Shown in pieces: positions 26,301 through 41,190 of a stretch of DNA of 64,000 nucleotides. Both the position numbers and the translations under genes were made by a program. Every line of letters starts with the position of its first letter. Positions within the stretch are counted from its first letter, which is position 1. The notes beneath the pieces were generated by a model, which had not been told where the DNA came from, did no database searches, and saw only the letters and a program-made list of their open reading frames with translations. Origin of the DNA: Epiperipatus broadwayi (taxonomy: Eukaryota > Animalia > Onychophora); contig JAQFVV010000001.1 of NCBI GenBank assembly GCA_028023455.1, positions 4,774,001 to 4,838,000 of the forward strand. Direction: 5' to 3'.

Positions 26301-26994
26301 CCTCTTTACTATATATATATATATATATATTAAAATATACTTAAATTCTCCAATTCATTATATATTCTTGAAGCATATAAATAAAAACTTCACAAAAAAT
26401 ACAAATGAGTTCCCAAGATGTACATTTTATGATAAACGAGCACTTATCAGTTTGCCCAATTCTCCATGTATTATATATATATCTCCATCATTTATTTAAT
26501 ATTGACCAATATTAAATCATTACAATTTGACTTACATATGTAAAATTATTTGCATTTACAACATTGAAACCAACCAACTTAGATAAAACTGTTTGAACAC
26601 AAAATGGGCATCTTGGGATCATTTGTCTTTTCCAATATCTGTATTCATATGATGTATAATAGACTGAAATTTTTAAATATCGTAAAAGATATTACACATG
26701 GAAAATGAAGTTGAGTTATTCCAGGTGTTTATATAAAAAATATATTAATTTTTAACTGAGGTTTAAAGTTATATTTTGATTAAAGATAATCCCTAATTTA
26801 ATAACTGAAATAGAGATATCTCTATTCTTTCTTCAGTTGTTAAAATAATAGAAATTTATATTCATAAAATAGTTTTTAATAAATACCAATATGACTTTAT
26901 AGAAGAAAGAAATATTAATATGTTTAATAAAGAATTTTGCAGATAAGATTAATAGTGTGTTATATAAATATTAAATTACTCTACATCACTAAGA

Positions 26995-27076
26995 AATTTA
27001 GCACCACGCTTGTGAAATAAATATATTAGATTCTAATATATTCATATATTTATTTCACAAAGAGTTGTGCTGAATT
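26995..27076. repeat. Short hairpin (~32-bp arms)
   Basis: AATTTAGCACCACGCTTGTGAAATAAATATAT / ATATATTTATTTCACAAAGAGTTGTGCTGAATT. Confidence 0.75.
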
Positions 27077-30000
27077 GTGGGATGATTTAATATTTGGATA
27101 TTTATTAAGTTTAGCATTAAGCACTGAGATTATTTTCATATGTATATATTGTGCCCTTTTCTATAGGTCAGAATCAGGTCATCACAGTAGATTACTAAAA
27201 ATTTTAAATTTAGAATGTGTTCTCTTTGTGTAATAGTTATATTGTATTGATAATATCTTTAAAGTACAATTTAAAGCTAAATAAAAATATGTAATGCATA
27301 AAATTATAATGAATAACCTCAAAACAGTTAAGTAAAGCTAAAACAATATTAATTACATATGGCTGGAAAAGCTGGCCACAATAAATAATGCAGCAATAAA
27401 TGTTTAAAGTTGGTTTAAAAAGTTAAATTTTAATAGTTTAAACTTATAGTTAAATAAATGCTATATTTAAAATTATAAATTATATTTAATAATTATAATT
27501 TATATCATATATTTTAAAAGTAAGTTTTATGGTAGTAAAAGTTATATTTAATTCTATATTTTCCAAATTATTCTTCCAAATTTTGTATTATTATATTATT
27601 TTATTTAATATAATAAGTGTTGCAATTTATTAGTTATTTTCAGACAGAAAATCGGATACAATCTGTCTCAGCTATTAGTCATGTGACTTGTATAATATAT
27701 GGTTATACACACATGCTTGCTAATATTTGTATTAACAAAGTTCAAAATATTTTTAAAATTGCATTATAGAACTGAATATATTTATTTGCCTATCATAAGA
27801 GAAAATATTTAAGTTAGTTATCATTAAATGTTTTAAATAGTATTATAAAACGGATACAGCTAATAAAAGTTAAATATTTTGTTTTAAAATAAAATAGATA
27901 AATTAAATATTAAAGGTGGGATAAATTTATTAAATATTGTTTTTAAAAATCATTTTAAAGTGTTTAATTAATTTTAGTAAAGTATAATAATTGATTTAAG
28001 ATTAATATTTTTAAATAATATTTTAAAATTATAATGCATCATATTTTATTTTTGAAATTTAATTGTGTAAGACTGTAGCAATATGCAAATTCGGTATCAA
28101 ATGAAAAGTAAGAATCCACCAATAGGATGAGGTATTTTCTAGGGTATAAATATCATTGCATGGGGGGTGTCAGTGGTGATCCGTATCAGTAGTGATTGAT
28201 GTAATAGTAATTTTAAAAATTTTATTTTTTTAGTCAATTTTTAGTGCTCTCGTATAATATATTTGCAAACTAATAGGATATTTATTTTTTTAAGTATTTG
28301 CAAAGAGAGCATAATATAAATATATTTTAATAACTTTATTAAAAATATGCATTGCTAATTTAAAGTTCCCTTTTACCAGGATTATTCGTCAAAACTTAAT
28401 ATAACTTTGCAGTAAAAAATATGGATATGCCAATAAGTAAAACGTGTTTAATGAAATATTTTAAAAATAAGTATAATAATTATGAATATAATATTAATAG
28501 TATTGACCAAGAGAACTATTTCAGCAAGTAAAGTATTATTTCGGACATTGTACAGAAAGCTTAACAGAAAGGCTATTTGCAGATTAAAAAATGAAATACG
28601 CATTTTTTTTATAACAGCGAGATAATCGTGTTAAAGACCAATAAGTAATATGACAAGTTTTATAATAGTTTTATGGAAATATAATGCTCTGAAGACAAAT
28701 GGTTTATCTTTTTTGAAGGAAAACATTGGAAATATTTAAAAGAAAACTGTCAGAAATGCTATTTAAATGGATATTTTAAGAGCGTATGTAATGAAACATA
28801 AGTTATATAAGGTTATACGCATTCGTAAAATTATTAAAAAAACAAATAATTTTAAAACAATAATGAAACAGCTATAAATGGATAATAAATAGTAAAATTA
28901 TCCTGAAGAGTAAACCTATATAAAAAAAGTGAATTATAAACCAGCAATTACTGAACTTATGGAGATGGAAATATGTTAAATATTGTGCAAAAAGTTTATC
29001 CAGATTGCCCGTAGTTTTAAAATTTACCAGGACATGATGCATCACCAAGTCGATACAGAATATTCTAGAATGGAAGCTTCAAGAGATTATTTTTCAATCT
29101 TATGATTTTATTATTATTATTATAATCATTGTTCTGGATAATAGAAACTACAAACTATTATTCTCTAAAACTTTCCAGAACTGATCAATGGTTATTTTTA
29201 TTAATTTTCCAAGATTCAGATGTCGTATTATTATTTTTTATTATTCATTTTTAACTTTGCTCATCATACCAGAAGGATTTACAATGCAGATGCAAAGCTT
29301 GGCACAGTTGTTCGTTGTCAAGCAAAAGAGACTGAGCAATAGGGGAGATTTTTTTATAAGCTCTTAGGATAACTTTTTTTTTAAAAAAAAGAACTCTCAA
29401 AAAAATAAAAACATTTGAACTTTATAAAGAATATTCGTCAGCTGAAGATTTATGTAATTATAGTTTTGACTTATTTATTAATTTTTTTAAAGTATAATAT
29501 TATTTCAAATTAGAAAAGTAGGAACATGAACATTAATTTAGTACTAATGATACTATAATCTTATAGTAAAATAATTTGATAATTTAAATAAGTTAACAGT
29601 TTAAGTGTAAAAGTATGGATGTATTTCATGTATGCAATGTTTTATTTGATTAATGGACATGAAGACATCATAAGTGATGACAAGTCGATATCACTTAGGT
29701 AATAGTTGTGAATATTGATATATTTTATGATGTATTTTTTTGTTTTTCTTTTTTGCAGATTGCCAATGAATTATAATGTATGGAAGTATGAATGTTAAAT
29801 TATATGCAAATGCATTTGTACAACACATTTAAATTATGAGATTAGGATTTATTTCTGAGAATATGCATACTTTAATTTTTATATTAGTAATATAACCCAA
29901 CATGATGATGAATAGTTATATGATTCTTTTAAAAACTTTAATATTATTGGATATTCAAAGTATTTATATGACTAGTTTGTATGTGTTTAATAAGAAAGTA

Positions 30001-32879
30001 AAGCAGACTTTTCTTGTAGATTAGTGAGATCATTTTAATTACAATTGAATTTTGTTTATTATTTGAATATGTGAGTTAGTCATTTGTCGATGTAAGATTT
30101 GATAAATCTATTAGGAAATGTTGATAGGATAGTGACTTGGGAGTAATCTGGAGAATATGAAACCCAGAGATGATATCAATGTAGGATGTATTAGGGGAAT
30201 ATGAGTAGTATTTTTGTAATCTTATTAAGTATACAATACAGTTAACAATGCCCTGTAACTGATATTTTATTTATGGACAGTGTCTATTTTCTTTAAGTAT
30301 TGATGTTTCAATAAAGCTAAAGGAATAGCTTTGACATCATTGTAGTAGTGGAGGACATTAGACAGAATAGGTCATGCCTCTATATTTTTCATAGATACAC
30401 TGTGCCATGGTATTTCTATTCAATATGTACTATGAGTTAGACTTTAGTTTTTCTTCCCTAGGCCTACACATCTATTCGCTATCTGGATTTCCAAAGTAAC
30501 TACATCACACAGTATTGAATATTTTGTAAAGAAATAATAAATAATTTAGAGTTTAAGATATGCTATTGTCTGAATAAGATAAGTTCATTTACTTGTAAGA
30601 AGGAGTAGAGTTTGTGCAAGTTGGACTTGAAAATACAATGGATTCAAAAGGAAAAAGAATCATAGAATGTGTTATAAATTTATTTTGGAAAATAAAATAA
30701 ATTTAGGAATAAAATAAATAAAGCAAAGTTGCTTTTTGAAATGTTAAATAACTTTTAAATATTTTATTTCATTTTTTATGAGTATTGCATATTTTTAAGA
30801 TATAATGTTATAAAGCAAAATGATATAAACAATAAGCATAGGTACAATTTTGTATTTATTTAAATAATAAAGAATACATTAATGATTACAGCTATCCAGT
30901 ATTAGAATAATGTTAAATAGGATATACTGTATTTAATAATCATAGTGTAGTAAACAACGATGTCCACATAGTCTAGTAATAAATTAACAGTAGATATATA
31001 TATTTTTTTATTTTTCAACATTGCAAAACGAAATTTGTTTAGTAAAAAGATCCATGCTCGATTATTATTATTTTTTGTGTTTTCCGTACTATGTTTCAAT
31101 GGATGTTTTAAAAGGAAGCATAGTTAAATAATATTTAAAAATATGATATGTTAAAATAAATATAAAAAAATGTAATTTCATCATAAAGATTAATCACAAA
31201 AAGATAAATAAAATTGTATTGTTTTATTATTATTATTTTAAGTCAGAGTGAAGACTTAAATAGATTCTCTATTGTTTTTAATAACTATAATTAATAAAAA
31301 ATGTATAACGGTGCAAATTTAGGATGTCAAGTGTAAATATTGTAAATAAATTGTTAATTTATTTTATTGTTATAATAAAACTTTGTTAAATTTGTTTTTC
31401 AAAATTTGTGTGTTCAGACTATTTCTTTTCCCATCACAATGCATTAAAAACACAGAATAATTAAACCAAACATAATATTTTTGCACAGAAATAAATAAAG
31501 TATTAATTTTAAGAATTCTAATATTTTCTTGGAATTTATTTATTTAAGAAATCACATTTTTTACATTATCTTATGGTCATAAATTTCTTATTATAATAGT
31601 ACATCGAAGTATATGCTATCCTTTGCCACACATATATTTTTCAGATTATCAAATGCTACCACGTATTTATTACGTTATTATATGAAGATAAAAGATTATA
31701 TTATAGTATTTTATTATTTTTATTATGGTAATAAAATTATAGTAAAGAAAAGATACATAAAAATTAGTCCATCCAATGAAGAATATTATTATTATTTATT
31801 ATTATTATTGTTTAGGTAGTAGAGTATGACATAAAAATCCCTTATCATGTTTTACTACAGTGATTTTAATTAACTTAGAATAGTTTTATGAACCTGAGAT
31901 TTTATTGAGCTAAATTATTGTAGATAAAAAGATTAAGATTTAATTATTAGTTTAATCTTAATGAGTAGGATTTATTAAAGTCATAAGAATACTATAAGTT
32001 TATTTATTTGAGATAGTAATAGGGGAAATAGTGTTCTTATGCCATTGAGGTAGTATCCTGTGGGATATTGGCTCAATGTAATCTTTCTTGTCATCTGTAT
32101 TTCACTTCCAAGTCTCATGATATAATAAATATTTATTTATTTATTTTATAAACTGAACCTTTTCATTATTTTGCTAATAGAATGTTTTAATATAATGCAG
32201 GATATTTTATTTATCAATTATTTGCATTTAACCAAAGTAATCATTAACTGAGCTAACCCATTTTATTTTATTAGATATTGCACCGGAAGTGAATATACAC
32301 CCAGTAGGTTAGAATATATATATATTTATTTATAAAGAATTTCACATAATTCAGTATAATCAATTGATTCACAGTTTAAAAGTGTGGCATTAGAAGGAGA
32401 TTGCTAAGATTATTCAAAAATTTGAATAATAGATATGTCGTATCAATAATATTAAATGTATAGAGCTATGAGTATAAAAATATATATGAAGTTTCTGAAG
32501 GTTCTACCTTTAGTGCATTATTATTTTTTACTTTTATAAATGGCTTGAAAAACATGAATAGTGTTTAATACATCAACATGCACATGTTACTGTTATTGTG
32601 AGTGTAAATAACAATATTGACAATGCAATTAGAAAGTGCCAAGAGAGTTTCAATAAAATTATCCTTTGGTACTGTGACAAAAAAATTCATTTATATGGAG
32701 AAAAAGCCAAATATATGTTGGTATGTTCTCCTCACATGAAATATAAAAATACTGATAAATATTAGCATTCACATGACTGTATATATAAGAATAATTCAAT
32801 ATGTAATGATAATAAATGTATAAAAGTAGAATATCATGGAATGATAATAGATAAAAAATGTTTTGGAAACATATTAATA

Positions 32880-33520
32880 TTCTAATAAACTCAGACATTT
32901 TATAGCAATATTCTATAAAATCAAAAATATTTTGCTTTTAAATATTCTTTTTGTTATATATAAATCTTTATGTGAATCTTTACTGAGTTACAGAATAACA
33001 CTTTGTCTTACCAAACTTTCTAATATTAATATCCTAGCATTACTGCAATAATAATATAATAGAAAATTATATTAAAAACAATTGGCTACAAAAATAATAT
33101 ATTGTTATTTAGTGAATGCATTGAATATATAATTATCGAAAAAATCTTTTGATAATTCATTAAAAAAAAACTCATATAAAACGATTTGAAATGTGTCTAA
33201 GAAAAACGAATTCATATATAGCTGCAAAATATTATAATAAATATGAGAGTAGGTTAAGAAATCATTATGTTCCAAAATTATTCAATAATTTACCTAATGA
33301 ATTAAAAAACTTACAACATTGTAGGGAAATAAAAAATCAAATTAAAAAATATATTAAAGAAAAATAAAATAAAATATAGTGTTAGTAGATATATATATTA
33401 TTAGGATATAATTGTTTTGTGTATTTGTATTATATTTAAAATCAATGAAATTGTAAATACGTAAACTCTTTATAACAATCTCTCCTACTATAAGCGCAAT
33501 TAGGGCTTAATAGAAAAATG
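32880..33520 (+). mobile_element. L2/CR1-type LINE 3' end
   Basis: HYVPKLFNNLPNELKNL..IKNQIKKYIKEK* ends at ~33368 and resembles the NxLP..K..FK..LK C-terminus of L2/CR1 ORF2. Confidence 0.6.
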
Positions 33521-34064
33521 ACATTTTGTATAAATATATTTAATCTGCATAAATAAAAAAATAAAATTAGTAATATTCAGTGATGCATTTATCGAGTTGG
33601 TTGACGTCAGAGTTGTGAATGCAGAAAATTTGCTATTAGTCAATCTAATTGTAATGATGTAATAAAACTTCTGAATCTTTTTATTGTTTAGTACTAAGAT
33701 AGTCTTCAAAAATTGTATTCACAACATGAGGAAGATTTTGTTGCCCATTTTGTGATGATTTAAAAATAACATTATCATCACCATAGTTTAAATCTAGAAT
33801 CCAAAAAGATTTAAGTTTTTGTTTTGAATTGGTTCAAATTATTAATAACCTCTAAGCTATTTTGGTACTTGTTTCAAAAAGTTATTTTTAAACTGTTCTA
33901 AAGACTATCATTATAAAAATAGGAACAAAAAAAAAAGAGAGAGAGAGAGGAACACATTCCTAATAATTTTATTAGTCATTCATTAGACTAGAAATTTGTG
34001 AGGGTATTAAATTTAACACATCAATTAAACTGTAATAATTGGTTATCTATATATACTGAACCCT

Positions 34065-34150
34065 AATAAAAATATGTGTAAGATATTGTGATCTGGACCA
34101 ATTGATGAGAGCTAGTTCAGCAATGAAATGTGCATCTTGGGCAATCATAC
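34065..34150 (+). mobile_element. Diverged family B fragment with decayed hammerhead
   Basis: GTGATC-TGG-ACCAA-TTGATGA-GAGCT-AGTTC-AGCAAT-GAAA-TGTGCA-TC-TTGG. The upstream sequence matches 14200-14230. Confidence 0.7.
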
Positions 34151-37100
34151 AGATTTTTCACGTCTTTGGTGATATATTTATGATTGCATCCCTCCAAAAG
34201 GTCTTAAAAGTGAATAGAAACCAGACACTACCTTGCATGAGAGTGGTATAGTAAATATTAATCCACATTCCTATTTAAAATCAATTTTCATTTAAAAATT
34301 TTCACCATCAGCAATAATGCTTTTTTCATATCATCATATAGCAGGATAAATCATAGGAAGTATTTTGGTGTTTTTTTAACCACAAATAGATATATATGGT
34401 ATTGAAACTGTCAACATTTCTTTCCATATTGTTTGAACTACAGATCTTAGAACATTTGTCATTTTAATCAAATTATGACCATTTTTGCTTTTGAATCAAT
34501 GTCTACAAGTATTAAACCATTAAACAAGTATTCCTAATTGGAAAACTAATGACTCAAATTCAATAATTTTGATATTATTTGAAGCTGTTTATATTAAGAA
34601 TGTATATCTAATGTCAAAATGATATTAAATTTATGAACACACAAATATATTGGAGGTATAAAGTGAAAACTTGACTTTCAAAAAATAGTTGAATTTAAGT
34701 TATATAAAAAAGTATTTTTTTAAAAATATACTTGATAGAAACAATAAGTAATATGTGTGCCTTAAGATGACAAAATTCAAAAGGATAAAATTTTATGTAA
34801 CTGAAAAAATTGTGTATTATCAAATAGTGGTTAACTTACACTGTATGAGCATTATTGAATTAAGAACCAAATCAAGACTAATAATCTTAGAAGTTTATTC
34901 ATTAAAGATTATATAAGTATAATATCATATCAAAAGTCTGTAATTTTTAGTTTAATAATTTTGTATATGCTAAGTCAATCACCATTAGAAAAAAACTATA
35001 GATTTAAGGACTATAGAAAATTTTTGTATTTTTTATTATGATAAAATTGTTTATTTGCAATCTGTATATATATAATTTTAAGTTTAATAAAAATATATTT
35101 GATGCATATGGATACATATCTATTTAGAATACTTATTTACCATTTAAGAGAAATCAAGGATTTTTCACAAATACCAGCAATTATTTTAAATATTTATGAA
35201 TAAAAAAAAAATAAAAAAAATATTTATAATGATCAAAGATTAAACCAATAAATTTAACCTTAACATCACATGTATGGGGAGTTTTGCCTATTTTAAATTT
35301 AATCTTCAATTGAAATTTTAATATAATAATATTCAATAATTAATATTCTTTAGGTACAACATTAAAAGTTATTTTTGAAGTAATCTTGAAGGAACGCATA
35401 ATTTTCATTATGTATTTGTATGGAATCCAGTACATTTTTAAAAGTTTTCTCCATATATATGATAAACTTGAACTATGAGTATGAAAACACATAATTTTAT
35501 AGTAACACTATTCCTTACAGCATTTCAGAATCTTTCCAATTCACCAATTAATTTTATTCATGCATATAACCTATTATTCATTTTAAAATATCAGTGATTT
35601 AATGCATTTTTTCAAATTCCTTAGTGATAAATAATGTTCTTAATGAACTTGATATCATGGAAGCCAATGATTGAGTACTGTTTATTGATATAAAGCCATG
35701 AAAAGTTTATCAATCCTATGATAATATCTGTCATTTTATACCTATTTGCTAATTGATGATTGAAAATTTCAATTTCAAATTTGTAATTGAAAAATATTTC
35801 AATTCCCCTTAACAGATTCTTTTGCAAAGAATATGTAAATCAACCTTTTTATATGGATAATAAAGACATTATTTAGGGTTCAAGTTCATTTTCTATGATA
35901 AGATATATAATCTACTTTATAATATCAGAGATTGATACTGGGCTTCGAATTTTTGATCACTGAAATATTCAATTTGTGGAACTGTTTAATAAAATGCTTA
36001 ACAATTAATTTTTGGACAGTCCAAATTTGTCTTGATTCAATTGGTGATTTATGTTACATATAGAGATAGATTTTATAATATCAATAATATCAACAATTGC
36101 ATATGCAATAATAGTATGAACTGTTACTTATTCCTCACCCTATAAATCCTTTGGACAGCATCCTACATGATGAAGCTATAACTTTTAGAAAATTCTCCTG
36201 CAATAACAGCAGAATCTGCTTTCAATTTAAGTTTTTCTTATGTAAAATACTTATAAAAAATAATAAACACATAAGAAAGTTTCATAAGTAATCCATCAAC
36301 AAATTCCACAATACAAGTATCAATTGTTTTCAAATCTGCATCATTAGTTTTCACTTGCTGTTGCAAGTAATTTTACCATCACTTCCAATTAATCAGAAAG
36401 CATTCAAGATTCTTTATGAATTTTTGGACATAGACTATTCTCACACATGTACCATACATGCACGTAAATGCAACAAATAAATAAATTATATAATATCAGT
36501 ATTTTTGTTTTAATACTCATCCATTTTTAATTGGGATAAATATCCATATTTTTTCCATGTGCACATGTAACTGTTACTATCACCATAATAATTATATTAC
36601 TTTTTTTGTAGTATAATCTTGTTTTTTTTTTTTTTATAATTAAATTCTCTTTAGTATTAAAATAATTTTTCAATTTTCTGGATTATCACAAATCTACAAG
36701 CAATGTCAGAATTTAATCTTTTCTTTAAATGATTTACAAACTTGTTCAATCACTTTTTCATCATAAATATGAAATCTAGTTATATTTTTAAAATTTTATA
36801 ATCAATAATAATTTTAACATATATTACTGCAATTATTTTAGCAACAATACATTTATTTAATTTCTTAACTTTAGTCTTCATATAGTTTAAGTTTTCTCTT
36901 ATAGCTAACTCTATTACTTTTGCTGGCAATAAATCCAAAGAATCATACATCTGTTCAAATATTTGGTTATTATTGTGGATTAAATAAAATATTGATTAGT
37001 GATGCTTTCCATGTCAGCAGTAGGAATTTATAAATCACTAATTGATGAATGAGTATCAGATAATAGGAAGTGCACAATTTTTTCCTTGAAGAGCGTACTT

Positions 37101-39049
37101 CCAAATGTTTTTATAGACAAATTCAGAGAAATTAACATTATTCTGATAATGAATATTTATTAAATGAATAACAAAATTTCTACCTTAAATTCATCTTTGT
37201 GAGACTTTCAGTTAGTTCAATATATACACAAATTTTCAATTTATTTTTAATATTTTCCAAGTCATTTGAAGTCAGTTTAAGCACAAAAATAAACTCAATG
37301 ATTAATGATATGTTATGTTTCTTGCATGTAAAATTCAATTTCTATAACATAAAAATAATCAGCATTAAAATGATCATATAACATTATGTTGTCTTCTTAC
37401 TGAATATGCTTCTCCGAAATTTAAGTACAAATAATCTCTTAAAGGGGCACAGCCAAGTCTCTCAGATAGTTGTATGATATAATGCTACATTATACTTAGA
37501 TTTTATTAAAGTAGAATAAAGTCAAAATGAAGAGCATCATACTTCAAACAATCAAAAAATAAATATTAACAACAATAGCAATTATTTCATGAATTATAAT
37601 GTTTATACTCTTAATTTGGATATACTTAAAACTATATTTACCATTTTATTATACTATAGGCATGCACACTACTCATCAAGATCTTTTTACTTCAATTAGA
37701 GTATCAAACTTTGTTAGAGTTTGTTGAAATTATAAGTTAATAGTAGTTCAATTACAGTATTATTTTTCTTTAAAGTAATTTTCTAATTTGATTATTAATG
37801 ATATAGAAATCAAAAGCAATTTAATAGCGGCAAGAAAGAACTGAAAATGATAACTAATCTAGCCATTGCTTCATTGTTGACATTGGTAAATTTATCTTAG
37901 AAAATTATTTTAGCAATAAGGCAGAAAAGTAATAGTGATAAAACTAATTAATTTAGATATTAAGAAAAAAAATTAATTTCAAAGTGAGAAAGTATAGAAA
38001 AGATTGTTTTATCATTTCAAATTTACAACGTGAGTATATAAAAATTTAATAAATTAATGATATAATTACTTTCACATTTATATTTTTTATTTTAATACTG
38101 TTAAATGGCCATGTTAAATGGTAACTTTGTTATATGATAGTAGGCCTAGAGTTATTGCTAAACATATCTTTATCAAAGTATGCTAGCACAAACAAATTTA
38201 TAATGAACAAATTTCAAGTCTATTTACATTCTTTATAATATACTACATTGTTCAAAATTTTCAGTGGTCCCTCAAAATATAGATTTAAATTAATAATGTA
38301 GAAATATTCAATTTTGACTATTGATCTTTAATCTAGGGACACAAACATACTATAAATTAGCTATTTTTTTTTTTTAATTTTTGTCAACTTAAAGAGTACA
38401 TATTAATTAGTACTTCTACCCCATTTCAGAAAAACAATAAAAGTTATATATTTTTTGTAATCCCTTTGAAAACAACTATTTTTTTAAGAATGAAAATTTT
38501 GCCTGACACATTTAAAAAAAATGCAAATGTATTATTGGTTTGACATTATATATATATAGTTTAACATAAACAGCTTCAAATTATTATCAGAATTATTGAA
38601 TTTAAATCATTAGTTTTCCAGCTAAAAATATTTATAGACATTGATGCAGAATCCAAAATGACTAACTTTTGATAAAAATGACAAATTTTCCAATGTTCCC
38701 ATTTCAATTTATATCAGTCAAAATATCGTAAAATTTTGAATTTGATAGTTTCAGTACCATGTCTATTTATGATAAAAAAATTTAAAACATCTGTCTTCAT
38801 GAAGCAACATTTCCAAGAATCCTTACATGAAATGATCCAGAAGTAGAATCTGGATGATCAATTTTGATGCTGAAAGCAGACCTCAAAATGTGCAATTTAA
38901 AATTACTGAAAAGACCTATCTAAAAGAGTCTACTAAACAAAGCAATAAATATAATAGTAAAAATGTATATTAAATAAAATAAAATTATATATGTATATAT
39001 ACATATATTCAATATATCTCATCTATGGAACTAACCTGCCTAGCAGTTA

Positions 39050-41190
39050 TAAATATAAACTTCCTTTTAATCTGCAGAAGTACTTTTAGTTAATTTCTTA
39101 ATCTGCCTCAACTGCTGTTAAATTCAAAAAACAAAATGGAAGCAAACATCATCAATTCAAATCACATGAATCCTGAATTTTATGTTATCAGCTTGTCTAT
39201 TAATTAAATTCATTTTATTTCCATTTATTAAAATTGTCTCCTTAATTTTTCTTTTAATATGGTTTCTCTCTTCATGAAGAATCTCAACACTTTCAATATC
39301 AAACTTAAATTTATATTTACATGTCTTTTCATGATCTAAGAAAACTGAAGCAGTCATTAAATCATTATTATTTTTACTTTTCACATGCTTGTATAAAAAT
39401 TCATGCTCCTTTAATCTTTTTCAATAATGCACCTCGAATCACCTATATATGAAAACATGCATCCACAAAAAATTTAATACACAACATTACTTTTCTGCTT
39501 GACAGATATGACATTTTTAGAATTATTCACTAATTTCTTAACATTATTTGTAACCGAAAATGATACATTGAACACATTTTTATATATATCCTTAAAAAAT
39601 TTCACTTGAGCATTTAAAATATATGAAATTGATATCTATTTTTTTATTATCGATCTTTGACTCCTTTAAACCACTATAACTCTTTTTAAATTGATATAAA
39701 GTATTATTAATCTATTTTATCTTATAACCAACTTTAAGTAATTCCTTGTCAAATATTTCAATATTTTTTAAATTTATCACACTGGTAAGAACATAATTTT
39801 TCAATGTGAAACAAAACAGATCTAAAACATGCCATCTTAATCATAATTGCTTCTTTTGATTTACAATTTATATATCCCCTTTTTTGCAATGATTTGATTA
39901 TTAATTTATAATTTAACATAATGTTATCTTTTGTAATAATTAAATCCAAATACTTAATACTTTTGTCCTGTTCATTTTCAATAGTCCATTTCAAGCCATT
40001 CAAATTATTTAACTCTTCTACAAGCAAATTTATAGTATTAATATTTCCGCAAACATAAAACGTCATCCACATAACTTTTATAAGTTTTAATATCATTAAA
40101 AGAACACATATTTAAAATGCTTCTCTCATATGTAGACAAAACATTGTAAACTTGTGCAACAACAGGCAGACCCATAAACTAATCTTTGAACATTTTATAA
40201 TATACACATTCAAAAGAATCAACAATGTTATCATCAAAAAATTTTAAAAAATCAATAATAAATTTTATCACATTTTTACAAACACCTTTACTTTTTAATG
40301 CAGGTTCAATTATTTTTATGCAGCTACTCTATCAATAGAACCATACATTTCTGTCACATCTAATGAAGCAATAACATCATTCTCATTAATCACTGTATTT
40401 TTAATTCTATCTGCAATGTCAAAAGATTAAGTGAAAATATTTTCCTAATGAAAAATTATGTCATTACCAGTGTGATAATATATTGACATATCTGCCTAGG
40501 AATTGCTTAAATATAGTTATAAGATTGAACAGATTAACAATACTTTATGTCAATTTAAAAAGAGTTACAATGGTTTAAAGAAATTGAAGATTGATAGTAA
40601 AAAATGGATATCTATTCCATATATTTCAAATGCTCAAGTGAAATTTTTTTAGGATATATATATATAAGAATGTGTTTAATGTTTCATTTTCTGCTACAAA
40701 TAATGTTAATAAATTAGTGAATAATTCTAAAAATGTCATACCTGTCAAGCAGAAAAGTAATGTTGTGTATCAAATTTTTTGTGGATGTATGTTATCATAT
40801 ATAGGTAAATCGAGGCGCAGCATTGAAAAAAGATTAAAGGAGCATGAATTGTTATACAAATGTGTGAAAAGTTAAAAAAATAATGATCTAATGACTGCTT
40901 CAGTTTTCTTGAATCATGAAAGGACATGTAAATATAAATTTAAGTTGGATATTGAAAGTATTAAGATTCTTCATGAAGAGAGAAACCATAATAAAAAAAA
41001 TATTAAGGAGACAATTTTAACAAACAGAAATAAAATGAATTTAATTAATAGACAAACTGCTAATGTTAAAATTTGGGATTCATGAGATTTGAATGGATGA
41101 CATTTGCTTCTGTTTTGTTTTTTGAATTTAATGGCAGTTGAAGCAGGTTAAGGAATTAATTAAAGGTACTTCTTCAGATTGAAAGACTGT
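39050..41190 (-). mobile_element. Penelope-like element (RT + GIY-YIG, decayed) with an inverted copy of its 3' region
   Basis: Minus arm 39050-40430 has RT motifs ASLDV (~40360), MGLP (40164-40175), YVDD (40061-40072), WTIENE..IKYLDL and the GIY-YIG C-terminus SVFLDH..F..ILHEE..KIKETI. Plus arm ~40500-41190 is the reverse complement of 39050-39745 and encodes VVYQIFCGC..YIGKSRR..RLKEH. Confidence 0.92.

Noticed and set aside
29759-29785. Micro-exon (LPMNYNVWK) after a strong polypyrimidine-CAG
   Set aside because: Splice-like signals alone are too common in AT-rich DNA, and no partner exons were found.
39070-39120. CTG(C/A)AGA in the arms of the 39-41 kb PLE as a hammerhead core
   Set aside because: Antisense to the ORF, with no stem II or GAAA following.
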